The translations under genes and the position numbers were made by a program. Under the pieces are notes generated by a model. It did not search any database. It was given only the letters and a program-made list of their open reading frames with translations, and was not told the DNA's origin. This document shows, piece after piece, positions 1-13,770 of a stretch of DNA of 64,000 bases (positions within the stretch are counted from its first letter, which is position 1; every line of letters begins with the position of its first letter). Source of the stretch: Amoebophrya sp. A120 (taxonomy: Eukaryota > Protista > Dinoflagellata); NCBI GenBank assembly GCA_905178155.1, contig CAJINV010000001.1, positions 1 through 64,000 on the forward strand. Direction: 5' to 3'.

Positions 1-847
1 TTGGAACTTTTGTGCTAGCGGGGGACACAAACCAGAGGGCTTTAGAGCTTTTGTATCCGCTAGCGCTAGCTAGCGGAGACAAATGCGTAGATTCTGGAAC
101 CTCTGTGCTGGCTACCTCTACTAGCGCTAGCGGACACGACAACGCACTCAGAAGCGAAGGGTGGGCGCGATTGTCGGGGAGGCGACAGTGGCAAGAGTTC
201 GGCGAGTAGAATCTTTTCGCCCAGTACATTCGCCTCTGCTTTGCTAGACTTGTTCGATTGCTATGCTTTTGTTTCGAGGCAATAAAAATGAAATATTGAA
301 ATTTTGCGGATTTTCGCTGCGCGAAAACCGGATGCGCCTGCCCTGGCGCGGCTCCTGCCTCGGCCGGGCCGTGCAGCCTCCTGCGTGCCCCCCTCCGAAC
401 TGAAGCCGGGCCCGGAATCTTCACGCAGCGCGATAGCTTTAGAGCAGCTAGCTGAGAAAAGCCTCAGGATCTCGAAACACTTGCGTCCGCTGCTCCCGGG
501 CTTTTTGTCCGCTAGCTTCGGGTCTTTGTTTTGTGTCCGTTAGAGGCTGCTGGGGCGAGGCTGGTCATTTCCGACTTTGGTGCGCTGTGGTGCAGCGTAT
601 GGCGCGACGGCTGAGATGTTCGCTCTTTTATTTGCATTGGTCCGCGGCTCGGCACGTGTACATGTGTATCTTTGTGCACGTGTCATCTAGTATCCAAACT
701 TCCAACCGAAGCGATAAAAAAAGTCATATATGCTACAAATAGTATTAGAATTAGTAGTTATAGGCTAGCTTGAGTGCTCGACCTATGGCCATCGTTAATG
801 TGGAGACGCGCCTCGTCATGTCAGCGACGTGAAGATCCTTTGGCGGG

Positions 848-1521
848 ATGGAGGTTCACGAACTTGAGGCGGATCTGCATTTGGTCCGGTTCGCTGCCAC
901 CGTCGCTCGCGCCCGAGCGAATACCAACAATTCCAACATCGTCCGAGAGCTCCTGCTATGCATTGGAAATATGTCGGATCTGGAAGAATGCGAGATTAGT
1001 CATGCTTGTCGCACATCAGTCTTAAATCTGTAATGCATGAGCAGGAAAAAAGGACAATGAAAGCTTCTATGTGTGTCATGTAAAAATGCAGTTTGCCATC
1101 ATGCGGAAAGCGAAACACATCATGCGTGGTTCCGTATTGCAGAGCTCCCACCATGCACAAACTGGCATCACAAGTTTCCAGACCCAGACGTATTTGCAAT
1201 CGACACCTGCAGGATGGAACAGGTTGTCTCAAGTCTCTCGAGAAATTGCTTCGCGCAGTGGATGATGGGACCTATAAAGCCGTGGTGCTCACGACAAAGA
1301 ATGAAACAGCGGTCCCGCAACAGCTCGTCAATGCGGCTCGTCCCGATCGCGAGCTCGAGCCAAACGCAAACAACTTAAAGCGCCCACTTCCTGCGCGATC
1401 GCCCCAAAGCCCCGTCGCGCTCCAGGCCGAGGACAATACGAGTTTCGACGCGAACAGCAAGCTTCGTGGCGATGCGTCCAAAGATGCCAGTGCCTACTCC
1501 GTGCAAAAGCTATCGCAATAG
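848..1521 (+). CDS. Hypothetical protein, 139 aa; exons 848-956 and 1211-1521
   Basis: ORFs 848 and 1093 join in frame (VRELL|QDGTG) when introner 957-1205 plus the CCTGC repeat is removed. Confidence 0.6.
957..1205. mobile_element. Introner family A, degenerate
   Basis: Ends TATGCATTGGAAATATGTCGGATCTGGAA and TTCCAGACCCAGACGTATTTGCAATCGACA; DR CCTGC at 952-956 and 1206-1210. Confidence 0.85.
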
Positions 1522-4500
1522 AATGTATGCAGCAGTTCCAGTTGTCGTTGTGTAGGTCTACGAGCCTGGGTGCGGGCTTTCCGGGGGCCCGCTGGGCTCG
1601 TTGTCGCCAAGTTCGGGCTCGTTGCCGTCCTTGCAAAAGCCGTGGTCCCTTGGAGGGCCCGCGCTGGTGCGTCGGGCGGGCCGCGCTTTTCAGAGGGGGC
1701 TCTGTCTTCGAAGTTCGAAGGAAGCGACCGGGGCAAAGCATCGATTTTTTCGCACGCTTGACGGCGATCCATCGCCCGTGACTTCGACCGCGCCTGCCAG
1801 GCTTCGTTGTCGGCCCTGCTCCATGTCTTGCGTGCGCATTTCGGAACAGGGCGGAGGCGATTATTAAAGCCGGCGAGGGACGAAAAGGAACAGCGCGCGG
1901 GCCCGAAAGCGGTCGCCTTCACTTGCTTCTCCACCAACCATCCACATATGATTCCCCGCGCCCAGTATCGCCGGCCACTTTGGCCGCCCATAATGGGCAA
2001 ATCAGCAGGGGCGCCAGGCGGGCGAGGCAGCCGCACGAAATCTTTCGCCCCCCTCGCCATGCGCAGGGGCAACTCAGAAACGGCGCCGGGCCACGGCGGC
2101 CAAAGGTTGCTTGGTGCCGCGGCCCCCCTTCCTGCCGTGCGCAAACCAGAAAAGCGGGCCGCAGGCCAAAGGCAACCGCGGCCCCCTGGTGGGCCACGCC
2201 CGCCTCACTCTGTTTCCCCTCTCCCAGTCTGTCCTGCACATACCTCGGCCCGAGGCGAAGCGACGGATCCAGCGCGCGCCCGCCTATCTACCATGGTGCG
2301 AGCGTGGCTGGGTGGGCCCACGCCCGCACCCGACGGACGGAAGGGTCGCCAGGGCGGCTGGCTGGCTGAAGGCAGGGAGCGACCCAAGGCGGCCCCGCCT
2401 GCCAGGCCCACGCCGGCCAAAAAAGCCGCAGGCACGCAGGCCGGAGGCGGCGGACCAGGTAGGAGGGGCCGCGTGGGCCTGCAATGGTATGCACAGCCAA
2501 GGCAGATACGCCGCCAGAGGCGGCTAGGGCCCGGCCGTTTCCGCGTGTGTGGGTGCCAAATATTGGCGAGCGGGAAAGGGCGCGAGCCAGAAGTGGCCGC
2601 GCGGCCTGGGTGGCTAGTTTCGGTCCCTTTGCTAGGTGCAGACCAAAACGGTTGGGGCCATGGGCCAGAAGCGGGCAGTGCCCCGTTTCTGCCAGGCGGC
2701 TTCCCCTCTTGATCCGCGCCGCGCTTGGTTCTGTATCTCTCTTACTTCTTCGTTTTTGTTGTTATATATTACATTTCGAAGTGATATTTTTGCAACGTAT
2801 AACGAAGAGGACGTGGCAACCTCCCTAGCGCGGGTGCAGTGGCTTGATGTTATTGAGGTATCAGAGTTGTCATGGTCATTTGCTTATTATTTTTCTCTAT
2901 GTTTTTACCCAAAAGAAAGAAGGCGAAGGTCGCGCCACTCTGTCCGAACACACAAGCGAAAGCAAGCTCCTGCAGATCTTTAACACATTTATTCTGATCT
3001 TAGCTTCAGTGTCAAATAAGAAAGTGCGTGTTGATTTGAAACAGGGCATGTAACCCTCTGGAGTCCTGAGTAAACCAGGCTCTCTTTAAAAACGAGACCA
3101 CGTCCGGGTCCGCAATCAGACATGTGGACTGCCCCCGGTCATCAAGTTCAGAGGTTTTTTGCAATATAATCTGGGACACACAAGAGGGCATCTTTTCTAT
3201 CTTACGGCTAGATGCATACTTCGCTATGAAGCCCAGTCTCCGCAAAAAGTATCAATCAGTATGTACTCGCCCCGATACAGAAGGCTTGGTAGTATCTCTC
3301 TGATCTTGCTCGGCCAGTTACGTCGAGGACGGATAATCTCTTCTTTTTGACAGTGAAGCCTTTTTGGTCGATATGCTAACACAGCTCTGGTGCGCAGCCG
3401 GGCTCTGCGTCGTCGGTTATTCGATTCAAAATTGCAATCGCTAAGACAAGCCTGTCATGGCCATTTGTATCTTGCGCCGTGCCTGAAGCTCTTTCCTGAC
3501 CGTTTGCGCGCTGCTGCTCGGTAATCTTCAGTCGTTGCGCTCGGGCGACAGCCCTCCCGGGCTGCTGGCCCCGGTCCCGGCGAACTTGCTTTCCGTTTGC
3601 GAAATAAGGAAGCGAACGTGGATTACCTTCCAGGGATCTAGAAGGAGCAAAGGAACGCCCCTCAAAGTTGGGCACTTCCATCGGGAGAAGGATTGCCAAG
3701 CTGGGCCCGGGGTCGGCCGCGTGGCCGGCCAAAAGGTGCGCCGGAAAAGCAGCGCTCCGCCAGGGAAGGCGTAAAAATATCTGTATACTTTGTTTGCGTC
3801 CACGGGAGCACTGGTATCCGAAAAGCGAGAGTTTTTTGTGTCGCCAATCCCCCCGGCGCGCTTGCGAAAAAGCAGAAAACTCTCTCTGTGCCTCGTCCGT
3901 GGGTCCGCAGTGCCGGCGTCTTTTGCAAGATAGAAAAACATGAAAAGCAGTTTGGCGGCTTGTGCGGTGTTGGGTGGCCCTGGCGGCGCGGTGGCCTGGG
4001 GGAGTGGAGGGGAGCGCGGTGGCGGGCTTGGGGAGACGTAGGCCGATCACCCCCTTCAAGTTAGTGAAGATCACCCCCGTCACGATTCCAAGATAACGCC
4101 CCTCGAGGGTGTGCTAGGGCTTAGGGTTTAGAAGACGTTCCGGTCTGGTTCATCCTCTTGAGGCGGTTTCGTCTGGGCCGGCCGTCGCGACGGCTTGCTG
4201 GCCCAAGCGCCACCCTTTTGCCCTTTCCTGTTCCGGGACGGAGGGGGGCGGGTTTTGTTCCGGCACCCCGCCCCCCTCCCGCACCGCCGGGCCCCCCCCT
4301 ACCTTAGCCGCCCGCGTGCCTCGACCGCGCTCGGGGGGGTGTGAATTGGGCTGTTTTGGCCCGGGCGGGCGGGGCGCTAGGCGCTTGCGGGGTTCTTCGA
4401 ATGGCTGCCCGGCTGCAGCGGGCCTTCAGCCAAGGAGCCCATTGGAAGGCCTTCCAGCAAATACCAACGCCGCCCCGCCCATACTTTCTCCGGTCTGACC

Positions 4501-5185
4501 GCCGCCGGCCCGCCTGCCCCCCCTTGGCCCCCCCCCCCTAACCTGGTTGCCTTTCCCCGGCCTCCCTCGCGCGCACGCACGCTCCCTTGTTGCCCCCGCC
4601 TCGCCCCCTGGCCCACCGACCCCTCCTGCATCTTGAGGGGGGCGATCCCGCCCAGGCCCCCCCCGCGCCGGACTGACATTTGGGCTGGCAGCCCGGGCGG
4701 GCCGGCGGGCAGTCGGGGCCATTAAAAATGAATATAAAAAAGCACAGGGAAAAACGAGAAAAAAGAGCACGCGTCACTGGGCGCGGCGGTATGGCTTACC
4801 AAGGTTTTTGGGTCCGCGCACGGTTGCCACCGAATTCAGAAGGTCCGTCGGTCCGCCCGACGGGTGGCGCCCATGAGGGGCTCGGCGGGCTTTGCGCCCT
4901 CCGTTTAAGCCCCCGCCGGCTTGGTTCGTGGGCCGCGAAAAGCGAGCCGCCGCGGCCCAAACCGCGCGGGCGCGGCCGCGCGCGCTTAGTGCTGCGCAAA
5001 AGGAATCGCGTAGCGGTTGACCACCACTGTATTGCCCCCCGCCCCGGCCGGGCACGGGAGTCATAGCCGCTTTGCCTTCGTGGCACGCAGATAAGCCCAC
5101 AGATAGCGATAGCAATTTTGGCGAGAATATTGCCTGTGGCAGATATCGAAGCAACGCCCTGCTCTTGGAATTGCAGGCGGAGCAG

Positions 5186-5496
5186 TATCAGCAGGGAACA
5201 CATTCCCGCGAGCACGCATGGTTTTTACTCATTTGCCGGCTTTGCGCCCACTAAAAGTCTTGTCACTCTGTTGAGTCTATTGCACATAGAGCAGTCTGTG
5301 GCTAGCAAGGACAGCTGCATCACAAAGACGCCTGCTTGTCCTTGTCCTGTTTACAAACAGCACTTCAAATGATCCCAGAACACGAATGCAAATTTTTCTC
5401 ATGCGGAAGCGGACGATGTGCGTCGCAGACGGGTCCGTAGATGCCAATCTGGGTGACAGCTATGTTGTGGGGGTGTCGGTATTTTCACTGAGAATA
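5186..5496. mobile_element. Degenerate introner related to 27993-28298
   Basis: Shared internal blocks (GCAAGGACAGCyGCATCACAAAGA, ATCCCAGAACACGA, GTAGATGC..TGACAGCTAT); TAT...ATA ends; flanks AGCAG/AATCG have diverged; left end is approximate. Confidence 0.6.
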
Positions 5497-8140
5497 AATC
5501 GCAGTGAAGGAGTAGGGTAGCCTCGGGCCTTGGCGTGTCGCGCTTCTCGCACTCGGAATACTCTTGATTTCCTTGTGGGCTACTCGCCGACGACTGTATG
5601 CGCTGACTTTCTTTGATGAGCGGCCTGGAGCCGAGAGGCTACAACTGGCGGTCTTTGGTAGGTCACAGGAGCAGGGTTTGCGTTCAATAGAACGTTCCAA
5701 ATCACGGGTAGGCATGATCATCATGGCCACCGGTAGGAAGAATCGTGGTTGGGCGACCGCCCGCACGCGCGCGCCTGCTCGCTTCGTCTGCCCACTGGTT
5801 AGTCGACGTGGCCGCGCACCAGATGAGCGCGATGGAATACTCAATCACCCGCCCTTAGACATCAAGAAGCTCCAGGACGTCGTCGCAGCTCCTTCCTTGT
5901 GTTGCTACTCAAACCTCGAACCCGGACCAAATTGCCACCGTGTCTGTCGGCCCCGGCCGGCGCCCAGGTCGGTTCGTTGGTGTCCGCATTTCTCTGTAGT
6001 TCCTCCGGAAATGGAATGGGGCCGCGAAAGTCCTAGCTTCGCCGGGCCGACGTATATACTTGCTGTCTTCTGTGCCCATTGCCATTGGCTTTTGGTGCGG
6101 AAAGTAAAAGGCCCGGCCTTCGATGCGTTTATGGAAACAAAGGCGAAACAAAGGCCGCCTGCTTGCGCTTGGTTTTCCGGGGGGCCGCAGGTTGTGCCCC
6201 CCTGCTTTCCTGCCTGCGGCTTCCGGTGGTGTTTGTGTACCGCCACCAGAGCTCCAGCTCTCTCATGAATGTGGCGCAAGCAGGAAGGGCGGGCAGAGGC
6301 GTCTTACTTAGGACCTGGCATTTCTATGGCGCCGGTGCTGACGCAAGGGAGGGCTGGCAGAGGCGACTCGTTCTGGGCCGTGTGCTCCTGTGGAGGTTGG
6401 CCGAAGCACCATGGGGGCGGTTGGCCCGTAGTAGTGTCTCGCCCTGTAGTCAGGGAGGGCGGAGCGACCGACTGAGGGTTTCGGCCCGCCTTCCCGCTGG
6501 CAAACCGACCCGCGGGCCTGTTGGTTCACCAGGAACAGGGCGGGCGGTCCTTCAGATCTCGGTGGCGGCCGAGCGGTTGGGGCGCTGCCTGGCCACCAGC
6601 TACAACTGACAAACGGGAACATAGATGCACGTTAAGCAGCCACTCGCCCGTCTGAAGAAGAAGCAGAAGTGCGCACGCAATTGTTTTGCTGGGGGGCCTG
6701 TGTCGGCTAGGACGACGCGCAACCCATCGCTCGGGGCCGCGCGGCACGGGCGCCGGCCTATCCGTGGTGTAAGTAGGCCCTTCGCACATAGTTGCGCAGT
6801 GGGTTTCCGTTTCGCCAGGAAGGCGCGGCGCACCCTCCCGGAAAAATGAGTGAAAGCGTTTTGTGGGCTGTTTGTCCATCTGATAGGCCAAATCCACCGA
6901 GCGCGGACGAGCTATCAAACTATGTAAATGCGCTATTAAGCTGCCACCGCGAACTGAGGCGACGCATATGCAGGCACCAAGAAGAAGCTTTGCGGTGTAT
7001 ACTCTGGCATCTTTCCCCACTACATAAAAACACCAGAAAAGATTCGACGGCGGGCGTCTTTTTGTTTGAATGTTGTACCAGCGCAGGGATCGGGCCATGG
7101 ACTCCCTAGGCGAGTCGCTTTGATCGCCATTTGGCCAAAGTGAATGAAAAACCTGGGAAGGGAAGCAGAATGATAGTGAAAAGTGGCACCATGATGAGGG
7201 GCCGGGAAAAAAGACCGAGCCCGCACACCATTGGCTTCGTTTTGGATTGGATGGGTGGCCCGCGCGCTCTTGGGCCTCGCAAAAGTCGCCGCGCGCCAAA
7301 GTTAGTGGGGCGACCACTTCCGGCGTGGGCCGGCTGGCTGAATGCCAAGGCAGGGCCGCACGCTTTCCCCAAGAGAGCAAATAAAACAAAGAAAAGCGTG
7401 GCCCGCCAAAAAGCGAAAGCGCGTCGGTCCGCATGTTGGGGGCCGCATTTCGGGCGCCCATGGGGCCGGTCTCGGGGCCTGCCCTCCCAGGCGGGGCCAT
7501 GGCCTGTGGGAAATTTGTCGCGCCCCGAGCCCGAAATGGCTGGCGCCAGCTTTGGGCCGCTATTTTTTTATCGGCCGCCGTGCCGTCGTTCATCGGATCC
7601 CCCAGGGGTGGCGGCATGTTCGTTGTCCGTAAGTGTGCCTAGTGCTGTTTTTTGGCTCAGACAAAAAACCGCTATTGCCTCACCACGCACCCTTGCTGGG
7701 GCGGCTGCTATTGGTTTGAGGTCAGAAGTGTGGGGCCTGTCCTAGGTCGGGGGTGGCCCCTATGCTATATATTTCTTTTTCTTATAAATTCAAATACATA
7801 TACTTCATCAGCGCGCCTCCATAGTTTCTCTTTCTTTAAGAAGCGCACAGGCAATTCTTCTTCTTCCGGATGTGCTTAGTGCCAATTTTCCGGCAAAAAC
7901 AAAATCGCAATCGGCGCACGACTCTCCTTTGTTTTTATTTTCACTGCTCCTGCTCGTCCTAGTTGTGATTGCAATGTCTGCCCGTCGCTTGCTTCGGTGT
8001 TGTAGCTGTGTTCTAGACGAGAACGGGTGTAATTGTTGTGAAAAAGACCTGATGTCGATGGAGCGCCGATTGATGAGCAGTACCTGCTGCATCAACAGCC
8101 AGAAAAGTACTTCTTCTTTCCTCCATAAGGCAACTTCATA

Positions 8141-9223
8141 GTGGACCAAGCTATCCTCCATGAACAGCGGAGACAAGAACGGAAGTTAGAAGCACAACTG
8201 CAGCAGGATGCCCTGGCGTTGTCGGACGGGGGAAACCATGGAAGCAACGAAAACACCATTGGGCAGCAAAGGAAGAAGAAGCAAAAGGGGCTCGTCGACG
8301 TTGCGTCAACCCTATTTGGGGAAAGTGAACAAGGCGCGGAGGCAGATGGATTTTTGGAAGAGAAACGAATGAGAAAAGGAAAAGAAAAAGCTCCTTTCAA
8401 ACAAGAAGACAAAGCGACAACACAAGGAGCCTCCGTCTTTCCCGAGCCCGCCTCTTCCTCTGGATCAAGTTCGTCATCGTCCTCCGCAACTACTCAAGCA
8501 GGAGGCAGCCGAGGGACAACGATAGGGGTCGCAGGGGTACCCGCAGCGGCGATGAAAAAGGAAAGTGTGCAGTTGTTGCTGCAGCAAGACAACTACGAGA
8601 ATTCCGAAGATGAAGACATCAATTCGGAACAAGAAAGTGATGACGGAGCTGAGGGACTGTTAGAAGAAGTTCGCAATCCGGCGAATCACAGAAAGTCGAG
8701 GAGCCCCACAAAAAGGAAAATGGCGGCTGCGAACAAAGACAAATCAAAAATCGCGCACACGAGGAAGGACCCGTACGCAAGTCCGACGAAGAACAACATG
8801 GATCCGATTTTTTCTGGGCGCCTCAGCGGAAAAAAAGCGAACAGTCATCTTCTAAAAAAATCAGACCACGAGCGGAGAATATACTGCGAGAACTGTCTTG
8901 TTGTGAAAGGCAGGACGGAAAGAAAAAGATGTAAAGGAATCCTGCAAATAGATCCGGCAACTACGATGGATTTTCTCTTCGCCAAGAAAATAAGGAATGA
9001 CAGTGTAAAAAAACAGCAGTCGAAGCAGATTCAGTTCGAAGAAAAGTATGGAAGGTTGTGCCGGTACTGTTCCATCATTCTGGACTACACGCAGTACTCT
9101 ATGTCGCAGCGCTTTAACGTATCCGTAACGGAGAACCTGAATGTCAATCACCTCATATCACAGCTGCCCCTGGTGCTCTTGTGTAATGAACGTGCAAAGG
9201 GCAGTTTTTGTATATGCATATGA
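8141..9223 (+). pseudogene. Unknown K/E/S-rich ORF with two CxxC pairs, probably a decayed gene or TE-derived
   Basis: 360 open codons with CENC and CRYC; no ATG at the start; in-frame TAA at 8126-8128 with protein-like sequence upstream. Confidence 0.35.
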
Positions 9224-10952
9224 GTATCTTAATCTTTTTCGCCACTTCCCCCCATAAAAAGTTGTTCTTGTATTTTCTCCTGCTTGCACTTGTGCGGAAG
9301 CGGATTTTTCCCCGTCCGCCCAGCAGCAGCTGCGAGCTTCGGCTTGTGATACCTTTGCAGATCCATAGAAGTACAAAACGGATTGTCATTTACGAAAAAT
9401 GAAAACCTGTTTCGATAGAGGCGATTGATATCTAGGCACGCGTTTTGATTTTGATAAAAATCGCAAGTCCTGATGGATGTGGAGCTAAAGATTAGCCCGA
9501 TGCAGTACCCAGTGATGGCGTCGGAGACAGTTGGATGCGCCTTCACTTCAAAGGGGGGACTCAGGGAAAGTATCTGCGTCTTGGACGGGGGACCGAAGGA
9601 TATGCAGGCCGAGCAACCGGCGCTTCTGCTCTCCGGGGAGTCCCATATGCTGGCCCCGTACTTTTTTTTTGTTGTTGTACAGGAATCTTGCTGTACTACC
9701 TTGCTCTACGTAGGGCTATTTTTCCTGAAAGTCTATGTCTGTTTAGCGATCAATTTGATTGGTAACCGCATGAAGTGCCTGTGAAAAGATTCAGACTTCT
9801 CCCGATTCCCGTGCAAATCCATTCGCGGAGCGTAGAAAGTTCATCCTCCTAGGTGGAGGTGTAAAGGAAATTCAGCAATAAAAAGTTTTTTATGAATAAA
9901 AAGATGCAGAATAAAGTTGAGATTCTGTCGCTCATTTGGAAAGGCAAAGGCCTCACAGGTACATCTCCGCGAGCCGCACTGAGAAATCGAAGGTCTATTT
10001 TCTAGCCGATTATCCTGGGCATGAGGGTTCTGTTGCTATATAATCGTGCCATCTTCGGTTACTGACCAAAGAAAGAATGCAGGAGACATGCTGTCTGAGC
10101 TGATTTTTTGACTTTGAGAACCCCGGCTTTTGCAGAAAAAGATCCCGAGAACTTGGTACTGGTTGTTTTTGCAGAAGAAGTAGCTCACCGATTTTGATCT
10201 TGTCTGTATGACAGTACGCGTGGTTGTTGGTCGCCTGAAACTGTTGCACAGGATAATTATGGGCCTGATCGAGCTGCTGCTGCCGGCTCTTGGTCATCCA
10301 AGCGTGTTTTGGTATATCTAGTCTAAGTGATGACGAGGTGTTGCATTGCTGGCCACGGGGGTGAGCCCACTCAGTACACAGAGATAGAAGATCAAAAACT
10401 CGCGTCAGGAGCATCGAATGAAATTGTAATGCATAAGGTGTGCGAGTGCACCAGCAACCATTCCCAGCCCCGCAAGGGCACTTGTCTTGCGAGGTTGGCA
10501 AGTGAGGCGTATTGTCCGCCTTTTTAGGGGTAGAAATAGAGCTGCTAGAGTAGCATGACGAAAGATGCACTCTTCCCCCAAACAGAAACAGTGCGACCGA
10601 AATTTGTCATGCGCCACTTAAAAACTGGGCTTCCAGTTCCAACAGCCGGCGCTTTTCTGCATTACGAGGCTGATGTTGATGGCTTCGGTCCTCGTGACTT
10701 CACGACAAACCATCTCTCTGCGGAAATGTAGTGGAGGTTTGTTCGGCTTCGGTCGGTTTAGCATTACAAGTTATTATCTTCATGTCAGTTTGAGATTTCA
10801 AATTCGATCCTGGAACCCCCTTACCTACATTGCTTCTTCCATGGGAAGATGTTCCTACTCGTAACTTAAACTTTTCAATATAGATTCATCTCAATCAAAA
10901 AACAAAAAAATTTAAGATAACGCGCGACTTTCGCTTTGAGGATGACTTGCAG

Positions 10953-11480
10953 GTTGTGTCCGAGGAGGATTTGCAAAGTCTGAAGACAGCTGGGGAAAAT
11001 TGCTGGAAGGACGGGAAACTCCTGGTCGATTATTCGCCATCCTGGGTAAAACCAAACTCAGCGCATTTTACGCTGCCACCGGCGCTCACCGCTGCACAGA
11101 TTGGCGGAACGAAAACAAGCGGACCGATCTGCAAGCCGACCGGCGTCTGGCGATGTGCGGAGGATTTTCCAAGGCCACGAGGGCACTTTTCAGCGGACGC
11201 AGCTGGCGAGGACGAGTGGGCGGAAACACTGGTCGACCAAGAGGCGTACGGATTAGCCGTCCTGCGCACGTGGATCGACACAAAGTGCCACCTGTTTGAC
11301 TTCGTGCAGACCATCGTGGATCTGGGTGGAGTAGACGGCTTTCGCGACAGCATAAAAGCATCGACATGCTTCGGCGAAATGAAGCAGCTCGTCCAGGACA
11401 AGTACAAGCATAAGAAGGCTCAATTAGCAGCGCCGCGGTGGGCTGCGTCGGAGCACTTTTTTTCGGGACAGTTTTTTTAG
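10953..11480 (+). CDS. Orphan exon of an unknown protein
   Basis: About 175 open codons of globular-looking composition after TTGCAG; no recognisable domain. Confidence 0.35.
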   Translation, partial: VVSEEDLQSLKTAGENCWKDGKLLVDYSPSWVKPNSAHFTLPPALTAAQIGGTKTSGPICKPTGVWRCAEDFPRPRGHFSADAAGEDEWAETLVDQEAYGLAVLRTWIDTKCHLFDFVQTIVDLGGVDGFRDSIKASTCFGEMKQLVQDKYKHKKAQLAAPRWAASEHFFSGQFF

Positions 11481-13770
11481 TTAGCACGGCTTCGTCGATT
11501 TTTCATCGACAAGCGAAGTAGTAGATGAGGAGCGCTCATGAGAATAGTGTCAATTACTTTTAGATTTTCCGGATCCGATGCAGGAAGCACTATTAACATT
11601 TGCACGCAGCATGCACCTCTGCTCCATGATTCGATTCAATTTGATGAATGCTAAATATAATGATAAACGCACAACTCGCGCAAAAGCAAAAATAATGTGA
11701 AGAGATAGTACTAGATAGTAAACGAACGTGAGTCGGCGTCGTCGCCGTGTGTGGGTGGCATGCAAGTAACAGAAAAATCAACTCGAGCAACAAAGTGTTT
11801 ACTTATACTTATATTTTTCGACTTTATCGCAGCTGACTTTATCGCAACCGACTTTACCGCAACCACGACCACCAGTAAATGTAAAAGTATGAACATTCAC
11901 GTCATGTTTGGGCAAACAGTTATAAATTTTCGTCTAAATGACGGTGACAGGGCTTAGTTATTATCTGACCCATGTTCGACGTTCTGTCTGTCGGCGGTCC
12001 ACTTCTTGAACAATTTTTAGTAACTCGTTGATCCCACTACAAGGTGCTTCTACACAAGTCCTGCTCACGTCGTTTGACCTGACGAACGTACAGTAAAGCA
12101 GGAGGTCCACCCTTTTCGGCAGAGGAAAAACTGTGTCTGTTCCGTTTAGACACACACTTTCGATCGGCTCCGCGGCGCTTCGAAGAGGAGATAGAAACTG
12201 CAGAGCATAGTGCTTCTTCTAAAGATGTGTGCCCGTCTGGGCTGTCAAGCTCGGTCTCGCAGTTCGTGCCTGCAAAAATCGTGATTTTGTGGGATGGCGT
12301 GAGTGATCAGACCTAGAAAATGAGGGAGACCGAGAATACCGAACTTCACTTGAACAAAATTTATCAGCATTACGTCGAGAGTGCTTTTTATCGTTTTCAA
12401 TCGTCTTCATAAACGTAATCCTACATCAGTGTAGTACGTCGTACTTTGATTTCGCGCAGAAATCTAGAAGACTTTCCAGACGTGGCATCATTTAGCTGCT
12501 GGGCACAAGGACATAACTCTGCGCTTCGTCAACCGTCGGGCAGTACTTATAAAGCAAGGGGGATCCGTAGAGGGGAAGTATGTGATTCTGCTGCGCGTAG
12601 GTACTAGAAGTACTCGAACATACCAACTTCAGCGAGACGCCACGTTTTCTTTTTGGTTGAGTACTCGCGGCTAACACACGTCGGCATCAAATGCCCAGTA
12701 GTTCACTCATGAAATGCAAGAAAAACAAGCTAGGTCCAAAGACAGTAAGAAATGTTTTTTTTCCCACTGTTCCACACAACTATCCTGTAAGTCCAGGCTC
12801 TACAACTAGTTCCCGCGTTGAACCTTGTTCGGCTGGCGATCGGTGATGAACTTATTCGGTGGCAACTATGGAGCTGCCGCTGCCGCGGAAGGTGCTCTCG
12901 ACTTCGTTTCCAACTTTTCACAGCAGGTGAACGAACACGGGCTAAAAGGAGCCACAAAACGCGTAGCCCAGAGTATTTCGTCATCAACTGTATCGAACTT
13001 CGAGGCATGGCGCAATCTGCGGCAGTTACCCGATTTGATCTCGAACTCGCACAGCAAACCGGACAGCGAACTACTTTGCATTAAGCCTGCTTTATGCTCT
13101 TTGCTTTATTCAGATCATGTCCGAGCAACCACGCTTCTTCTTCATCGTCTCTTGAGCAACTACTTGCAAATGTGATTGTAGTACTATCACGCTGCCTTTT
13201 CGACAAAAGATAGCATCGCTGCTGTCACTGATGTCCGAGTGTCTCGGTTGTATAGAACCTCGAAGACGAAGTCCTGAATCATTCAAAACACAACGAAGCC
13301 ACGGATATTTTTAAAGAGCAGTACTTCATTGACACGTACAAGCAGTACCTGACCAATCGAAAAGAAAGTGGCTTGGGCTTAATTCGGTATATTGAAATAT
13401 GTTTGAAATAATATTATTGCTTTGCGTACATTTTTACTAAGCACAGTAAATTTGGACAAAATGTATCCAAAATTTTGCCCACTTAGAGAATGCCGCTTGT
13501 CACGCTGACTTACTAGGATTGACATCGAACACAAGCTTTGTCATGCAGAAGCAAACCGCATCTGTACTGTTTCTGTTTGTATTTGTAGTACGTGCACGGA
13601 TATATTATGCTGTGGATAATTTAAGTGGTCAGGCAACTAGGTGTCACGCATGTGTTTGGCGTCGTCATCTCATACGGAAAATGCATTCACACGATATAAG
13701 GTTTTCGTTTCAGCAGCTGTTGTTCATTAACACAAAAATCACAATGAGAAACAAAATAACGATCTTCCAG

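Noticed and set aside
1-150. GCTAGC-rich degenerate repeats at the window start
   Set aside because: Truncated by the window edge; the unit could not be defined
4115-4131. Telomere-like TAGGGCTTAGGGTTTAG
   Set aside because: Only two to three imperfect units, consistent with chance
7649-7660. TTTTGGCTCA resembling the 3' part of the dinoflagellate spliced leader
   Set aside because: About 10-nt match only; the 5' half of the leader is absent
1560-7750. Many overlapping R/G/P/A-rich ORFs here and at 26054-26979 and 53962-54944
   Set aside because: Expected from stop-codon scarcity in GC-rich DNA; no domains recognised
8126-8128. Stop-codon reassignment, reported for one Amoebophrya lineage
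   Set aside because: Conserved genes here have no internal stops once spliced, and HslU ends at TAA at the expected position
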